A stretch of DNA of 64,000 nt. It comes from Candidatus Hydrogenedentota bacterium. Lineage in GTDB: Bacteria; Hydrogenedentota; Hydrogenedentia; Hydrogenedentales; SLHB01. Below the pieces are notes generated by a model, which did no database searches, was not told the origin of the DNA, and saw only the letters and a list, made by a program, of their open reading frames with translations. Location: contig CAXXYE010000004.1 in assembly GCA_963674865.2 (NCBI GenBank), forward strand, positions 608,001 through 672,000, written 5' to 3'. Position numbers and translations under genes: made by a program. Below are positions 49,562 to 61,349 of this stretch, in pieces (positions within the stretch are counted from its first letter, which is position 1; each line of letters starts with the position of its first letter).

Positions 49562-50596
49562 GTGAACAATCTGCTTGAAATAGAGGACCTCGAGGTCAAG
49601 TTCTTTCTCAAGGAAGGCGCCGTCTCGGCCGTCAACGGCGTTTCCCTCGACGTCCCGAAGAACCGCACCCTGGGCCTCGTCGGCGAAAGCGGATGCGGCA
49701 AGAGCATCACGGCGCGCGCCATCCTTCGCATCATCCCGCCCACAGGCCGCATCACCCACGGCAGGATCCTGCTCACGCCGCGCAACGACGCCCAAGCCCC
49801 CCTCGACCTGGCCCGGCTCGACGGCGGCGGCCCCGATATGCGGCGGATTCGCGGCGGCGATATATCCATGGTATTTCAGGAGCCCATGACGTCGCTCTCG
49901 CCAGTGCACACCATCGGCAACCAGATAGGGGAGGGGATACGGCTCCATCGCAAGGCCACGAAGCAGGAGGCCCGCGACCAAGCCGTGGAGATGCTGCGCC
50001 TCGTGGGCGTGCCCATGCCGGAACGCCGCGTGCATGCCTATCCTCACGAGCTGTCCGGCGGACTGCGCCAACGCGCCATGATCGCCATGGCCCTCGCCTG
50101 CCGTCCCCGCCTGCTCATCGCGGACGAGCCGACCACTGCCCTGGACGTCACCATCCAGGCGCAGATCCTCGACCTCATGAGGCGGCTTCAACGGGAACTC
50201 GGCATGTCCGTCATGATCATCACGCACGATCTTGGCGTCGTGGCCGAAATGGCCGATGAGGTCGCCGTGATGTACCTGGGCCGCATTGTCGAGCGCGGCC
50301 CCGTCGAGGCCATGTTCTACGACGCCAAACACCCCTACACCCAAGGGCTGCTCGCGTCCGTACCACGCATCGGAAAGGGGAGCGAAACCAGGCTCGCCTC
50401 GATTCCCGGAAGCGTGCCCGACGCCTTCACCATTCCACGGGGATGCCCCTTTCACCCCCGGTGCCGCGCATGTGTCAAAGGAACCTGCGATATGGGCCGC
50501 GCGCCCACCCTTCGGCGCGTCGGCCCCGATCATGCGGTAGCCTGCGTCCTCTATCCGGAAGGCGACTCGGAGGAAACCGGGGGAGATGGGCCATGA
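49562..50596 (+). CDS. ABC transporter ATPase (OppD-like)
   Basis: [37 protein letters not shown]. Confidence 0.95.
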   Translation: MNNLLEIEDLEVKFFLKEGAVSAVNGVSLDVPKNRTLGLVGESGCGKSITARAILRIIPPTGRITHGRILLTPRNDAQAPLDLARLDGGGPDMRRIRGGDISMVFQEPMTSLSPVHTIGNQIGEGIRLHRKATKQEARDQAVEMLRLVGVPMPERRVHAYPHELSGGLRQRAMIAMALACRPRLLIADEPTTALDVTIQAQILDLMRRLQRELGMSVMIITHDLGVVAEMADEVAVMYLGRIVERGPVEAMFYDAKHPYTQGLLASVPRIGKGSETRLASIPGSVPDAFTIPRGCPFHPRCRACVKGTCDMGRAPTLRRVGPDHAVACVLYPEGDSEETGGDGP

Positions 50597-51600
50597 CGGC
50601 GCCGCTGCTCGAAGTTAACGGCCTCAGCAAACATTTCCCCATCACCGCGGGGCTGTTCAAGAAGACCGTCGGGCACATCAAGGCCGTTGACGATGTCGCC
50701 TTCTCGATTGCCTCCGGCGAAACCCTCGGCCTCGTCGGCGAGAGCGGGTGCGGCAAGACGACCACCGGCCGGCTCATCCTGCGCGTCCTCGAGCGCACCG
50801 CCGGCTCGCTCACTTTCCGCCTGGACGGCCAAACCGCCGACCTCGGCGCCCTCGAAGGCGAGAGACTGCGCCGCTTCCGGCGGCACATGCAGCTCATTTT
50901 CCAAGACCCCTTCTCCTCGCTGAATCCGCGCATGACTGTGTTCGACATCATCGCCGAGCCATTGCGCGCCCACGAATTCGGCTCCCGCAACGAGATCCGC
51001 GACCGCGTCCACTGGGCCACCGAAGCCTGCGGACTCCAGAAGGACTTTCTCGGGCGCTATCCCCACGCCTTCAGCGGCGGCCAGCGGCAGCGCATCTGCA
51101 TCGCCCGCGCCCTTGTCCTCAATCCGCGCCTCATCATCTGCGACGAACCCGTCTCCGCCCTCGACGTGTCCGTGCAGGCTCAGATCATCAATCAGTTGAA
51201 GGACCTCCAGCAGCAGTTCGGCCTCGCCTACCTCTTCATCGCCCACGACCTCTCCGTCGTCGAGAACATCAGCGCCCGAGTCGCCGTCATGTACGCGGGA
51301 CGCATCGTGGAACTCGCGCCTACGCGCGCGCTCTTCAGCCGCCCTCGCCACCCTTACACCCAGGCCCTCATGCGTGCCCTTCCCGCCCCGGACCCCAAGG
51401 CCAAGGCCAAACGCATGACCCTCAAAGGCGAGGTAGCCGACCCCTCGGACCTGCCCCCAGGATGCGCCTTCCACCCCCGATGCCCCTACGCCGTGGAGCG
51501 CTGCAAGCTCGAGCGGCCCGCGCTCGACGAACTGACGCTCGGCCATACCGCCGCCTGCCTGCGCGCCGATGAACTTGATCTCGAGGGCGCTGTCCACTGA
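50593..51600 (+). CDS. ABC transporter ATPase (OppF-like)
   Basis: GESGCGKT, FSGGQRQR, CDEPVSALD, GCAFHPRC. ATG overlaps the upstream stop. Confidence 0.95.
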   Translation: MTAPLLEVNGLSKHFPITAGLFKKTVGHIKAVDDVAFSIASGETLGLVGESGCGKTTTGRLILRVLERTAGSLTFRLDGQTADLGALEGERLRRFRRHMQLIFQDPFSSLNPRMTVFDIIAEPLRAHEFGSRNEIRDRVHWATEACGLQKDFLGRYPHAFSGGQRQRICIARALVLNPRLIICDEPVSALDVSVQAQIINQLKDLQQQFGLAYLFIAHDLSVVENISARVAVMYAGRIVELAPTRALFSRPRHPYTQALMRALPAPDPKAKAKRMTLKGEVADPSDLPPGCAFHPRCPYAVERCKLERPALDELTLGHTAACLRADELDLEGAVH

Positions 51601-51656
51601 GGTCCACACGACGCACGAAGCTGCCTGACTCGCCTGTTCCAGCCGTGTCAAACACC

Positions 51657-51686
51657 TTGAAACCATTGATTTTACTATGGTAGAGT
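51657..51686 (+). promoter_or_regulatory. Putative promoter for tRNA-Leu/tig
   Basis: TTGAAA-18 nt-TAGAGT with TGn. Confidence 0.45.
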
Positions 51687-51854
51687 ATGCGCTTAGTCTC
51701 CGAAAGCGGATTCGGTCAAGACCTCATTCATCGGTAAGGCGCCGCCTGATTCCCTCACGCCGACCTTCGGGAGAAGGATGACGACAGGGAGGGGATGCGA
51801 CCTGCGGATGGTATAGCCATGTGAGGGGGTCGAACTGCGTCAAATCGAAGTCAC

Positions 51855-51939
<85 letters not shown>

Positions 51940-51957
51940 ACCATGAGAGTGCCGAAG

Positions 51958-53409
51958 ATGGCGGACAAGAATAAAGAAGACGACGTCAAGCAGCCGGAAA
52001 ATCAGAACGACGCGCCCGCGGCGGTAGCCGACGAGGAAGCCGCGGAAGAGGAGTTCAAGTTCGTCGAGGACCCCACGTTCTCGGTGGACTACAAAGGGGA
52101 TTGCGCCTACGAGGTAGGCGTATCGATTCCCGCGGCCAACACAAAGAAGAAAGCCGATGAACTCTTTGAGGAGCTGAAGCGCGAAGCGGAAGTCCCCGGT
52201 TTCCGTAAGGGCCGGGCGCCCAGGAAACTGGTCGAGCGCAAGTTCTCTAAGGCGGTTCGAGGCGAGGTCAAGAGCACGCTGGTGTCCGCGGCCTTCCGCA
52301 AGCTCGTGGATGACGAGGATCTCAAGCCGCTGTCGACACCGGATATCGACGGCCTCGACGAGAAAGCCGAACTCTCTGAGAGCGATCCCATGGCCTTCAC
52401 GCTCAAGTTCGAGGTGGCCCCCCGCGTCCAGCTTGGCGACTACCACGCCATCAAGGTTGAGCGCCCCGTTCTCAAAATCGCCGATGAGGAGGTCGACAAC
52501 GCCGTCAAGGAAATGCAGTCGCGCTTCGCTATCTTCGAGACCCTCGAAGGCGGCGTAGCTGCCGAAGGCGACCAGACCATTATCGACTTCAAAGGCACTA
52601 TCGATGGGGAGCCGTTCCAGGGCGGCTCGGCCGAAAACTACCCATATATCCTTGGCTCAAAGCGCTTCTTCCCGGAATTCGAGGAAGTGTTGCTGGGAAG
52701 TTCTTCGGGCGACGAACTCACCTGCGAGGTGACCTTCCCGGAGGATTACCACGGCGAGTCCGTGCGCGGGAAGAAAGCCCAATTCGCCATCAAGGTCAAT
52801 GAGGTCAAGCGGCGCAATATCCCTGAGCTTAACGACGAGTTGGCCAAGCAGGCAGGCTACGAGGGCGTCGACGACATGCGGGAGAAGGTCGAGAAGCGCC
52901 TTCGCGATGGCGCCGCCTCCCAGGGCAATCACATTGCCGAGACGCGCGCTCTTGACGCCCTTGTCGAAGCCAGCACCTTCGAGCTGCCGAAATCCATGCT
53001 TGAGGCCATGGCAAACGATGTGTACGAGTCCGAAGTGAACCGGCTCATGCAGATGCGCGCGCCCATGTCCGATATCACAGCGCGCGAAGATGAAATGCGC
53101 GAGAACGCCAAGACCTCGGCGGAGAACAATCTGAAGCGGCTGGTAGCGCTTCTGGAAGCCGGAAAGGCCGAAGGCGTCGAGGTCACCGAGCAGGACTTCG
53201 AGCAAGAGGCCGAAGCCATCTCGCAGAGAACCGGCATGGAACTCGACCTCGTCAGCACGTATTTAAGTCAAGGCGACCACCGGGGCGAGTATGAGGACCG
53301 CATCTTCCGCAACAAGGCCCTGAAGGCCGTCATGGCTCATGTCGCCGTTGAAGACAAGGAGGTCGAGAGCGCTGAACTCGAACAGCCCGATGAAACGGAG
53401 GAGTCCTAG
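51958..53409 (+). CDS. tig: Trigger factor
   Basis: [29 protein letters not shown]. Classic tRNA-Leu-tig-clpP-clpX synteny. Confidence 0.95.
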   Translation: MADKNKEDDVKQPENQNDAPAAVADEEAAEEEFKFVEDPTFSVDYKGDCAYEVGVSIPAANTKKKADELFEELKREAEVPGFRKGRAPRKLVERKFSKAVRGEVKSTLVSAAFRKLVDDEDLKPLSTPDIDGLDEKAELSESDPMAFTLKFEVAPRVQLGDYHAIKVERPVLKIADEEVDNAVKEMQSRFAIFETLEGGVAAEGDQTIIDFKGTIDGEPFQGGSAENYPYILGSKRFFPEFEEVLLGSSSGDELTCEVTFPEDYHGESVRGKKAQFAIKVNEVKRRNIPELNDELAKQAGYEGVDDMREKVEKRLRDGAASQGNHIAETRALDALVEASTFELPKSMLEAMANDVYESEVNRLMQMRAPMSDITAREDEMRENAKTSAENNLKRLVALLEAGKAEGVEVTEQDFEQEAEAISQRTGMELDLVSTYLSQGDHRGEYEDRIFRNKALKAVMAHVAVEDKEVESAELEQPDETEES

Positions 53410-53413
53410 CGTC

Positions 53414-53998
53414 ATGGACGTTCGAGGCGTCACCATTTACGAAGAGACCAGCCGGGGCGAACGGCCTTATGATATTTACTCGAAGCTCTTGGCCGACCGG
53501 ATCATCTTCCTCGGCATGCCCATTGATGACTACGTCGCCAACTACATCATCGCGCAGTTTCTCTTCCTCGAAGCGGACGATCCCGACAAAGATATCAGCC
53601 TCTACGTCAATTCGCCTGGCGGCAGCGTCACGGCCGGCCTAGCCATTTATGACACGATGCAACACATCAAGCCGGATATCGTTACCATCTGCCTCGGCCA
53701 GGCAGCCAGCATGGCCGCCGTGCTGATGGCGGCGGGCGCATCGGGAAAGCGCTACGCCTTGCCCTATTCCCGGTTCCTGCTTCATCAGCTCATGGGCGGC
53801 GTGCGAGGCCAGGCTTCGGACATCGAGATTCAGGCTCGGGAAATCGTCCGAATCGGCGAAATGATCGACGAGATCCTCGTCAAACACACCAAACAGCCCA
53901 TTGAGGTCATCCGGAAGGACAGCGACCGCGACTTCTTCATGGGTGCCGAGGAAGCCAAGACCTACGGCATCGTCGACGAGATCCTCCGGCGACCCTGA
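53414..53998 (+). CDS. clpP: ATP-dependent Clp protease proteolytic subunit
   Basis: [21 protein letters not shown] (Ser), LHQ (His), DRD (Asp). Confidence 0.97.
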   Translation: MDVRGVTIYEETSRGERPYDIYSKLLADRIIFLGMPIDDYVANYIIAQFLFLEADDPDKDISLYVNSPGGSVTAGLAIYDTMQHIKPDIVTICLGQAASMAAVLMAAGASGKRYALPYSRFLLHQLMGGVRGQASDIEIQAREIVRIGEMIDEILVKHTKQPIEVIRKDSDRDFFMGAEEAKTYGIVDEILRRP

Positions 53999-54174
53999 AT
54001 TACCGTAACTTATTCATTACTAAAAGCTTAGACGAGGCTACCCAAAGGGTTTCCCCCGAATGCGGCACCCACGCACTCGGGAACAAAGTGCCCCAATCGA
54101 TTTGACCCATACCCACGCTTCCAGGCAGAATAGAGGCAGACGGAAGCTACTGCGGGGCTCTGTCAGGAAAACTC

Positions 54175-54206
54175 TTGACAAAGACCCCCGAAAAGTGTTA
54201 TATATT
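54175..54206 (+). promoter_or_regulatory. Promoter upstream of clpX
   Basis: TTGACA followed at about 17-18 nt by TGTTATATATT. GGGAGG RBS downstream. Confidence 0.6.
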
Positions 54207-54238
54207 GCAGGCCAGTTACTCGCAAATGGGAGGTGTTG

Positions 54239-55513
<1,275 letters not shown>

Positions 55514-55697
55514 ACAGAACGGGCGGCCTGGTCCTTAACGAGCTATAGAGTCTGTTTCAGGGTCTGTTTCAGGCGCAAGAGGGTCCTGGGGCAGTGCCGG
55601 GAGGGCAACTCCTCCCGGCATTTTTTGATATCGGCGGCCCCCCTTGGCCACCATAGTGCGCATCCCGACGTATATACTCTGCCTAGGAGGCAGTCTC

Positions 55698-58055
55698 ATG
55701 ACCGCACGAAAAAAGAACGATGACATTCAGGCCGACCGCCTGCCACTGCTGCCCCTGCGCGATGTGGTGGTGTTCCCGCACATGGTCGTGCCACTGCTCG
55801 TGGGCCGGCCGGCCTCCGTCGCCGCCGTCGAAGCCGCCGTCGCTTCGGAAGCCCCGCTACTGCTCGTGACACAGACCGACCCCGGCGTCGAGACCCCGGA
55901 GAAGCGTGACCTGCACGCCGTAGGCATCGCCGCCAACGTCCTCCAGACCCTTCGCATGCCCGACGGCACGCTCAAGGTCGTCGTCGAGGGACTGGCGCGG
56001 GGGCGCGTACTCCAGGTCCACCAGCGACACGCCTTCTTGGAAGCCGCCGCGAGCCCCGTCGACGATGTGCCTTCCCTGGGCGACGAAGCCGAGGCCCTCG
56101 TTCGCACTATCCTCAACCAATTTGAAGAATACGTCCGCCTCAGCCAGCGCATCGCCCCCGAAATCGTGACCTCACTGCGCAGCGTGTCCGACTCCGGCGC
56201 GCTGTCGGATATGGTAGCCGCCCATCTCGCCGTGCGCGTCGAAGAACGCCAAGAACTCCTCGAGACGGAGGAAATCCAGAAACGCCTCGAAGTCATCTCG
56301 GGCCTGCTCATGCGGGAAAATGAGCTGCTCGCCATCGAGCAGAAGGTGAGGGACCGCGTGCGCGACCAAGTCGAGCGCGGCCAGCGCGAGTTCTACCTTC
56401 AAGAGCAGCTCAAGGCGATTCACCAGGAACTCGGCAGTTTTCACGAAGGGGGCGATGAGTTCGCCGAACTTCGGGAGCAGGTCGACCGCGCCAGAATGCC
56501 CAGCGAGGCCAAGCATAAGGCCATCGAGGAGCTCGGCCGCTACACACGCACACCCGCCATGAGCCCCGAGGGGGCCGTCATTCGCACCTATCTCGAATGG
56601 CTTATCGAGATGCCCTGGCGGAAACGCACCCGTGATGCCATCGACCTAGACAAGGCCAAGGCGATCCTGGATGAAGACCACTACGGACTCGACAAGGTCA
56701 AGGAGCGCATCCTCGAGTTTCTGGCCGTGCGAAAACTCAGCAAGCGCGCCAAAGGCCCCATTCTGTGCCTGGTCGGCCCGCCGGGCGTCGGCAAGACCTC
56801 GCTGGGCCGCTCCATCGCCCGCGCCATGGGCCGCAAGTTCGTGCGCGTCTCGCTGGGCGGCGTACGCGATGAGGCCGAGGTGCGCGGCCATCGGCGCACG
56901 TACATCGGCTCGCTGCCGGGCCGAATCATCCAGGGCGTCCGCAAGGCCGGCGTCAGGAACCCGTTGTTCATGCTCGACGAAGTGGACAAGATGAACGCCG
57001 ATTTCCGCGGCGATCCGGCATCCGCCCTGCTCGAAGTGCTCGATCCCGAGCAGAACCACGCCTTCAGCGATCATTACCTCGAAGTCGAGTTCGACCTCCG
57101 CGAGGTCTTCTTCATCACCACCGCCAATACCGAGTACGACATTCCGCCCGCCCTCCACGACCGCATGGAGGTGGTCCGCCTCCCGGGATACACCGTGCTC
57201 GAAAAAGAGCGTATCGCCAACCTCTTCCTCATCCCCAAACAAAAGGCCGAGTGCGGCCTGACGGACAGCGATATCCGCTTCACAAAAGAGGCCCTTCAGA
57301 AGATCATCCGCCGCTACACGCAGGAGGCGGGCGTCCGCGAACTCGAGCGGAAGGTCGCGACCATCTGCCGGAAGGTCGCCCGAAAGGTCGTGTCCCGCCG
57401 CAAGACCACCTCTGTAAGGAAAACGGTGCTCAAGGTCGACGACGTGACGAAGTTCCTGGGGCCGGAGGAATACAGCGAACTGCGCGCCGAGGCCAAGCCG
57501 CAGGCCGGCGTCGCCGTGGGACTCGCCTGGACCTTTACCGGCGGCGACATCCTCTGCATCGAAACGAGCACGATGAAGGGCAAAGGCGAACTCACGCTTA
57601 CCGGCCAGCTCGGCGACGTGATGAAGGAATCGGCCCAGGCCGCTTACACCTACCTCCGCGCCCACGCCCAAGAACTCCGCATTTCAGGCCAGTTTCACAA
57701 GAGCCTCGACTTCCACGTCCACGTGCCCGAGGCGGCCATTCCCAAAGACGGCCCCTCGGCGGGCGTGCCACTGGCCGTGTCGATGCTCTCCGCCTTGCGC
57801 AATAAGCCGCCCAAGGCCCGCCTCGCCATGACGGGCGAGATCACCCTTCGCGGCCGCGTCCTGCCCGTCGGCGGCGTCAAGGAGAAGGTGATCGCCGCCC
57901 ACCGCGCCGGCATCCGCACCGTCGCCATGCCCCGCGAAAACGAGAAAGACCTGCTCGAAATCCCCAAAGAGGTCAAGCAGGCCGTCGAATTCGTGTTCAT
58001 CGACGACATCGGCGACGCCTTCCGCCTCGCCTTCTCGCGGAGCCGCGCCAAGTGA
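55698..58055 (+). CDS. lon: Lon protease
   Basis: [46 protein letters not shown]. Confidence 0.98.
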   Translation: MTARKKNDDIQADRLPLLPLRDVVVFPHMVVPLLVGRPASVAAVEAAVASEAPLLLVTQTDPGVETPEKRDLHAVGIAANVLQTLRMPDGTLKVVVEGLARGRVLQVHQRHAFLEAAASPVDDVPSLGDEAEALVRTILNQFEEYVRLSQRIAPEIVTSLRSVSDSGALSDMVAAHLAVRVEERQELLETEEIQKRLEVISGLLMRENELLAIEQKVRDRVRDQVERGQREFYLQEQLKAIHQELGSFHEGGDEFAELREQVDRARMPSEAKHKAIEELGRYTRTPAMSPEGAVIRTYLEWLIEMPWRKRTRDAIDLDKAKAILDEDHYGLDKVKERILEFLAVRKLSKRAKGPILCLVGPPGVGKTSLGRSIARAMGRKFVRVSLGGVRDEAEVRGHRRTYIGSLPGRIIQGVRKAGVRNPLFMLDEVDKMNADFRGDPASALLEVLDPEQNHAFSDHYLEVEFDLREVFFITTANTEYDIPPALHDRMEVVRLPGYTVLEKERIANLFLIPKQKAECGLTDSDIRFTKEALQKIIRRYTQEAGVRELERKVATICRKVARKVVSRRKTTSVRKTVLKVDDVTKFLGPEEYSELRAEAKPQAGVAVGLAWTFTGGDILCIETSTMKGKGELTLTGQLGDVMKESAQAAYTYLRAHAQELRISGQFHKSLDFHVHVPEAAIPKDGPSAGVPLAVSMLSALRNKPPKARLAMTGEITLRGRVLPVGGVKEKVIAAHRAGIRTVAMPRENEKDLLEIPKEVKQAVEFVFIDDIGDAFRLAFSRSRAK

Positions 58056-58636
58056 ATGTGCAGAACGCCGCGTTTCTTACCAGCGCCGCGCGCCCGAACC
58101 AGTTCCCGCGCGACAGGCGCCCCGAGGTCGCCTTTGTCGGCCGCTCCAACGTCGGGAAATCCACCCTCCTCAACGCCCTGTTGAACCGCAAGGGCCTCGC
58201 GAAAACCAGTAAAAAGCCCGGCAAGACGCGCCTGATCAACTTCTTCGACGTAGACGGCCGCCTCTACTTCGTCGATCTCCCCGGCTACGGCTTCGCGAAG
58301 GTGTCAAAGGCCATGCAGGCCGCGTGGAGCGAGCTTATTGGCGGCTACCTACGCGATCGCGAGCCGCTGCGCCTCGCCGTCCATCTCATCGACTCGCGCC
58401 ATCCCCCGACGCCGCGCGATCACGACCTGCTCGCCCTCCTCGAAGACGCCGAGGTGCCCACCCTCATCGTCACCACCAAGATCGACAAGCTCAGGCCGAA
58501 TCAGCGTAAACGCAGCCTCGCCACGCTACGCAGAGAACTCGGCCTCGAACCCGACGCCCTCGTCATTCCCTTCTCCGCCGTCACTGGCGAGGGCAAAGCC
58601 CCCCTCTGGAACACCATCCAAGAAACGGCACTGTAA
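58052..58636 (+). CDS. engB: Ribosome biogenesis GTPase YihA/YsxC
   Basis: GRSNVGKS, PGKT, DLPGYG, TKIDK, FSA. Confidence 0.96.
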   Translation: MNVQNAAFLTSAARPNQFPRDRRPEVAFVGRSNVGKSTLLNALLNRKGLAKTSKKPGKTRLINFFDVDGRLYFVDLPGYGFAKVSKAMQAAWSELIGGYLRDREPLRLAVHLIDSRHPPTPRDHDLLALLEDAEVPTLIVTTKIDKLRPNQRKRSLATLRRELGLEPDALVIPFSAVTGEGKAPLWNTIQETAL

Positions 58637-58671
58637 GCCTCCCCCGTAACCGTCTAAACAAAGCGCCCCCC

Positions 58672-59135
58672 GTTCTTGTGCTTCTTCGTGTTCTTCGTGG
58701 CCAGCATGAATACCTACCTTCGCTCGCCACAAGAAACACAAGAAGACACGAACAAGCGCCCAAGCATCCACCAACTGCATATGGGTGTACCGGGAGGGAC
58801 GGGCTCCCGCACGTCCGCAGTCGCGCGGTAGCGCGGCTCTCCCTCCGCATTTCTCAGCGGCCTCGGCGTTAGAACTCTTACCATCCACCGCCGTGGCCTC
58901 GCGTGAAGCAGAAAGGACGGCCCCTACGCAAGAAGACCCATATGTCTCTTTGTGTTTTTCGTGGCTAACAAGAATACCGGCCCCCTTTGCCACCAAGAAC
59001 ACAAGAAAACACGAAAAGACACACCGTAACTCTCGTGCCTGTGACGCGTGCAGAGACTACATACAGGTGTAAACGGCAGCCCGGGAGAGACGGGCCCCTG
59101 CACGTCCGCAGTCGCGCGGGAGCGCGGCCATCCCG
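58672..59135. repeat. Composite array of REP-like palindromes, about 291-bp period
   Basis: Two copies of the ttcgtggc...gccac-aag(a)aacacaaga palindrome. Two copies of cgggag.gacggg...gcacgtccgcagtcgcgcgg (58809-58828 and 59100-59119 identical). Confidence 0.8.
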
Positions 59136-59166
59136 CTCATTGCCTTGCACGAAAGGCAGGGAAAGA

Positions 59167-59198
59167 GGCTTTGGGCGGATCAGCATCCGCCCAAAGCC
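59167..59198 (-). terminator. Perfect 14-bp hairpin directly after the 59200 gene stop
   Basis: ggctttgggcggat-cagc-atccgcccaaagcc, followed on the minus strand by tcttt. Confidence 0.6.
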
Positions 59199-59199
59199 A

Positions 59200-60306
59200 T
59201 TACGATTCCTCAGGTGACGCAGTTGTCGCCGCAGGCGTCAGCGGCCCGAGTTCATTGAGGCGCCGGGCATAGTCAATGAGGGGGAACACCGTATCCATGG
59301 TTAGCTCGTGCGGGCCGGGGATGCCGTTGTCCTCAATAAAATGGGCATACTCACGCAGTAGGCCCGTTTGCGCCGGCTTCATATTGCGGCGCATCTCCGC
59401 GTCGGTGAGACAGCGATCAAGAATACTCCTGCAGGCGTAAGCAACGGCCTGACAATCCACCGGTAACACCCTGCCTGACACAGGAAGGCCGTTGGGAAGA
59501 CCGAGAGCTTCAGAGTCCAATGCCTCCTGGCGCACGTTGGCTTCGTACTCCTCTATCTTGCGCTCGGCGGCGCTTACAATGATAGTGAGGCTGCGTCCAT
59601 CCGGATCGAGTTGCGCCGCGAGAATCGGGACGGAGTCCTCGATATCCGCTTCGCGGCCCTCGCCATAATCCCGGCAGAACTGCGTAAGCGCATCGGCGAG
59701 CTCCTGTTTCTCCGCCGGCGACCCGTCTTCCGCGACGGCCATGAACCTCCTCACCCTCGGCTCGGCCGCATCACAAGCCAGGGACTCGTTGAAATCTCGC
59801 TCAAGAAGGATAGGAATCTGTGATGTGAGGCCTAACGCCCTGTGGGCCCAATGGCAATCCTCATCATGAATATGCCGGAGCGATTCCTCGAATGTTTCGC
59901 GCTGCGCCGTGTCCCAGTCGGCCTGCCACTTGGCGTAGCGCGTGGGATTCCGCTCCAAGTAGCCCGTGAACTTCTTGTACACTTGTGTATTCTCAACAAC
60001 TGTCCAGAAAGGGGAGGAGGGGAGAGCCTCGCCGCCTTCACCGTCGTCGAGTACTTTCGCCAAGAGCGATTGCATCGCTTTCGGCGCCTCAGGTACGGCA
60101 TCGGGCGACAAGACCGGCGCAGCCTCTTCAACCGGCGTCTTTTCTTCGACCGCCGGTGCCGGTGTCGCTATTGGGACGCCATCGCGCGGGCCCGAGCGCA
60201 TCATAACGCCACACACCGCGGCTATCACGCAGAGTAGTCCTATCAGAATCCCCCAAGCTCGAGCGGACAATCTAGACACGGCACGACCTCCTCCCGGCTC
60301 CGACAC
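59200..60306 (-). CDS. Hypothetical membrane-anchored protein
   Basis: 368-aa ORF, N-terminal TM, Pro/Ala/Glu linker, helical remainder with no recognised motif. Confidence 0.65.
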   Translation of the reverse strand: MSEPGGGRAVSRLSARAWGILIGLLCVIAAVCGVMMRSGPRDGVPIATPAPAVEEKTPVEEAAPVLSPDAVPEAPKAMQSLLAKVLDDGEGGEALPSSPFWTVVENTQVYKKFTGYLERNPTRYAKWQADWDTAQRETFEESLRHIHDEDCHWAHRALGLTSQIPILLERDFNESLACDAAEPRVRRFMAVAEDGSPAEKQELADALTQFCRDYGEGREADIEDSVPILAAQLDPDGRSLTIIVSAAERKIEEYEANVRQEALDSEALGLPNGLPVSGRVLPVDCQAVAYACRSILDRCLTDAEMRRNMKPAQTGLLREYAHFIEDNGIPGPHELTMDTVFPLIDYARRLNELGPLTPAATTASPEES

Positions 60307-60650
60307 GATAACCTAAGGTGGCAAAAGACGCGCTATCGAAAACGACATAGACGCCCAATGCCTATCGCTTTCCCCACGCAGAGAACAGGAAACAGCATGG
60401 GTTTATCTATTATTACTGACGTAGTATATCATACGTTCACAGATAGGACCTTGGCGAATTGGACGCCATCTGCAGTTCTTGGCGTCCCGCCGGCGCCAAG
60501 CCGCCTGTCAGCTTCGTACCTTTGAGCCTTTGTGGTGTGAGAAGAGGCCACGCACTCCGACCCCGCCCCTTTTTCTTTCGCCCCCCGTCATTGCAAACCG
60601 CCCCGCCCCTGCTTATACTGGCGTTGTTTGTTAGCGGGGAATCGAAGTTC

Positions 60651-61349
60651 ATGCACTCAGAAGACAGACTTATTCATTTTTCCATCGAGCTGATTCATCA
60701 GCCCGGGCCGCTCAAGGTGCCGGCGTTGCAGAAGCTCTACTACGATCTATCGCAAACGCGCGCCGCCTACGACAGCATCGACGTGTCGGCTCCCGGGCGG
60801 GGGAGGTTCTACTCTCGCCGCGGTAAGAAGACGCAGTCCCTTGCGGTGTTCCTGCCCGACCGCGTTGCCGTCATCGAGGAATGGCTCGATACCGCCTTGT
60901 CGGACTGCTTCACCAAGGTGCAGGAGATTATTCCCCGTGCGCTGGAGGCGTTGGAAGTCCCCGGCTTTGTCGCCCAGACCGCCACCTTGCGCTCGACCTT
61001 CGCGCTCACCCACTTCGATGATGCCCGCGTGTTTCTCATGGATCACGCCTGTCAGCAGGCCGAACGCATCGCCCCCCATTTCCAGCGCCCCGTCTCGGTG
61101 GGCGGCCTGCGCTTTGTCCTGCCCGAGACGCCCGAGCATCCCGGCAACCTCCACGTAAACATCGAGTCCTTTCGCTTCGACCCGAAGGAAGTCTTTGTCG
61201 AGGTCAAGGGCGTTTTCGGCAAGAAGCCTATCGGCCCCGATGACATCGACGACGCCATCGAAAACGTGCGGCTGGTGCGCGCGTTTATCAGCGATCACGT
61301 GTTTCCCTACCTCAACCAATACGATTCCCCTCAGGAGGGCGTCTTGTGA
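60651..61349 (+). CDS. Conserved-looking hypothetical protein (possibly TIGR04255-like fold)
   Basis: GC3-rich codon style from ATG 60651. Its stop overlaps the GH51 start (GTGA). Confidence 0.65.
   Translation: MHSEDRLIHFSIELIHQPGPLKVPALQKLYYDLSQTRAAYDSIDVSAPGRGRFYSRRGKKTQSLAVFLPDRVAVIEEWLDTALSDCFTKVQEIIPRALEALEVPGFVAQTATLRSTFALTHFDDARVFLMDHACQQAERIAPHFQRPVSVGGLRFVLPETPEHPGNLHVNIESFRFDPKEVFVEVKGVFGKKPIGPDDIDDAIENVRLVRAFISDHVFPYLNQYDSPQEGVL

Noticed and set aside
54004..54031. AT-rich imperfect palindrome (cgtaac...gcttag), with a similar taagggcttac at about 63872
   Set aside because: Too degenerate to call a dif site or operator from two or three weak instances.
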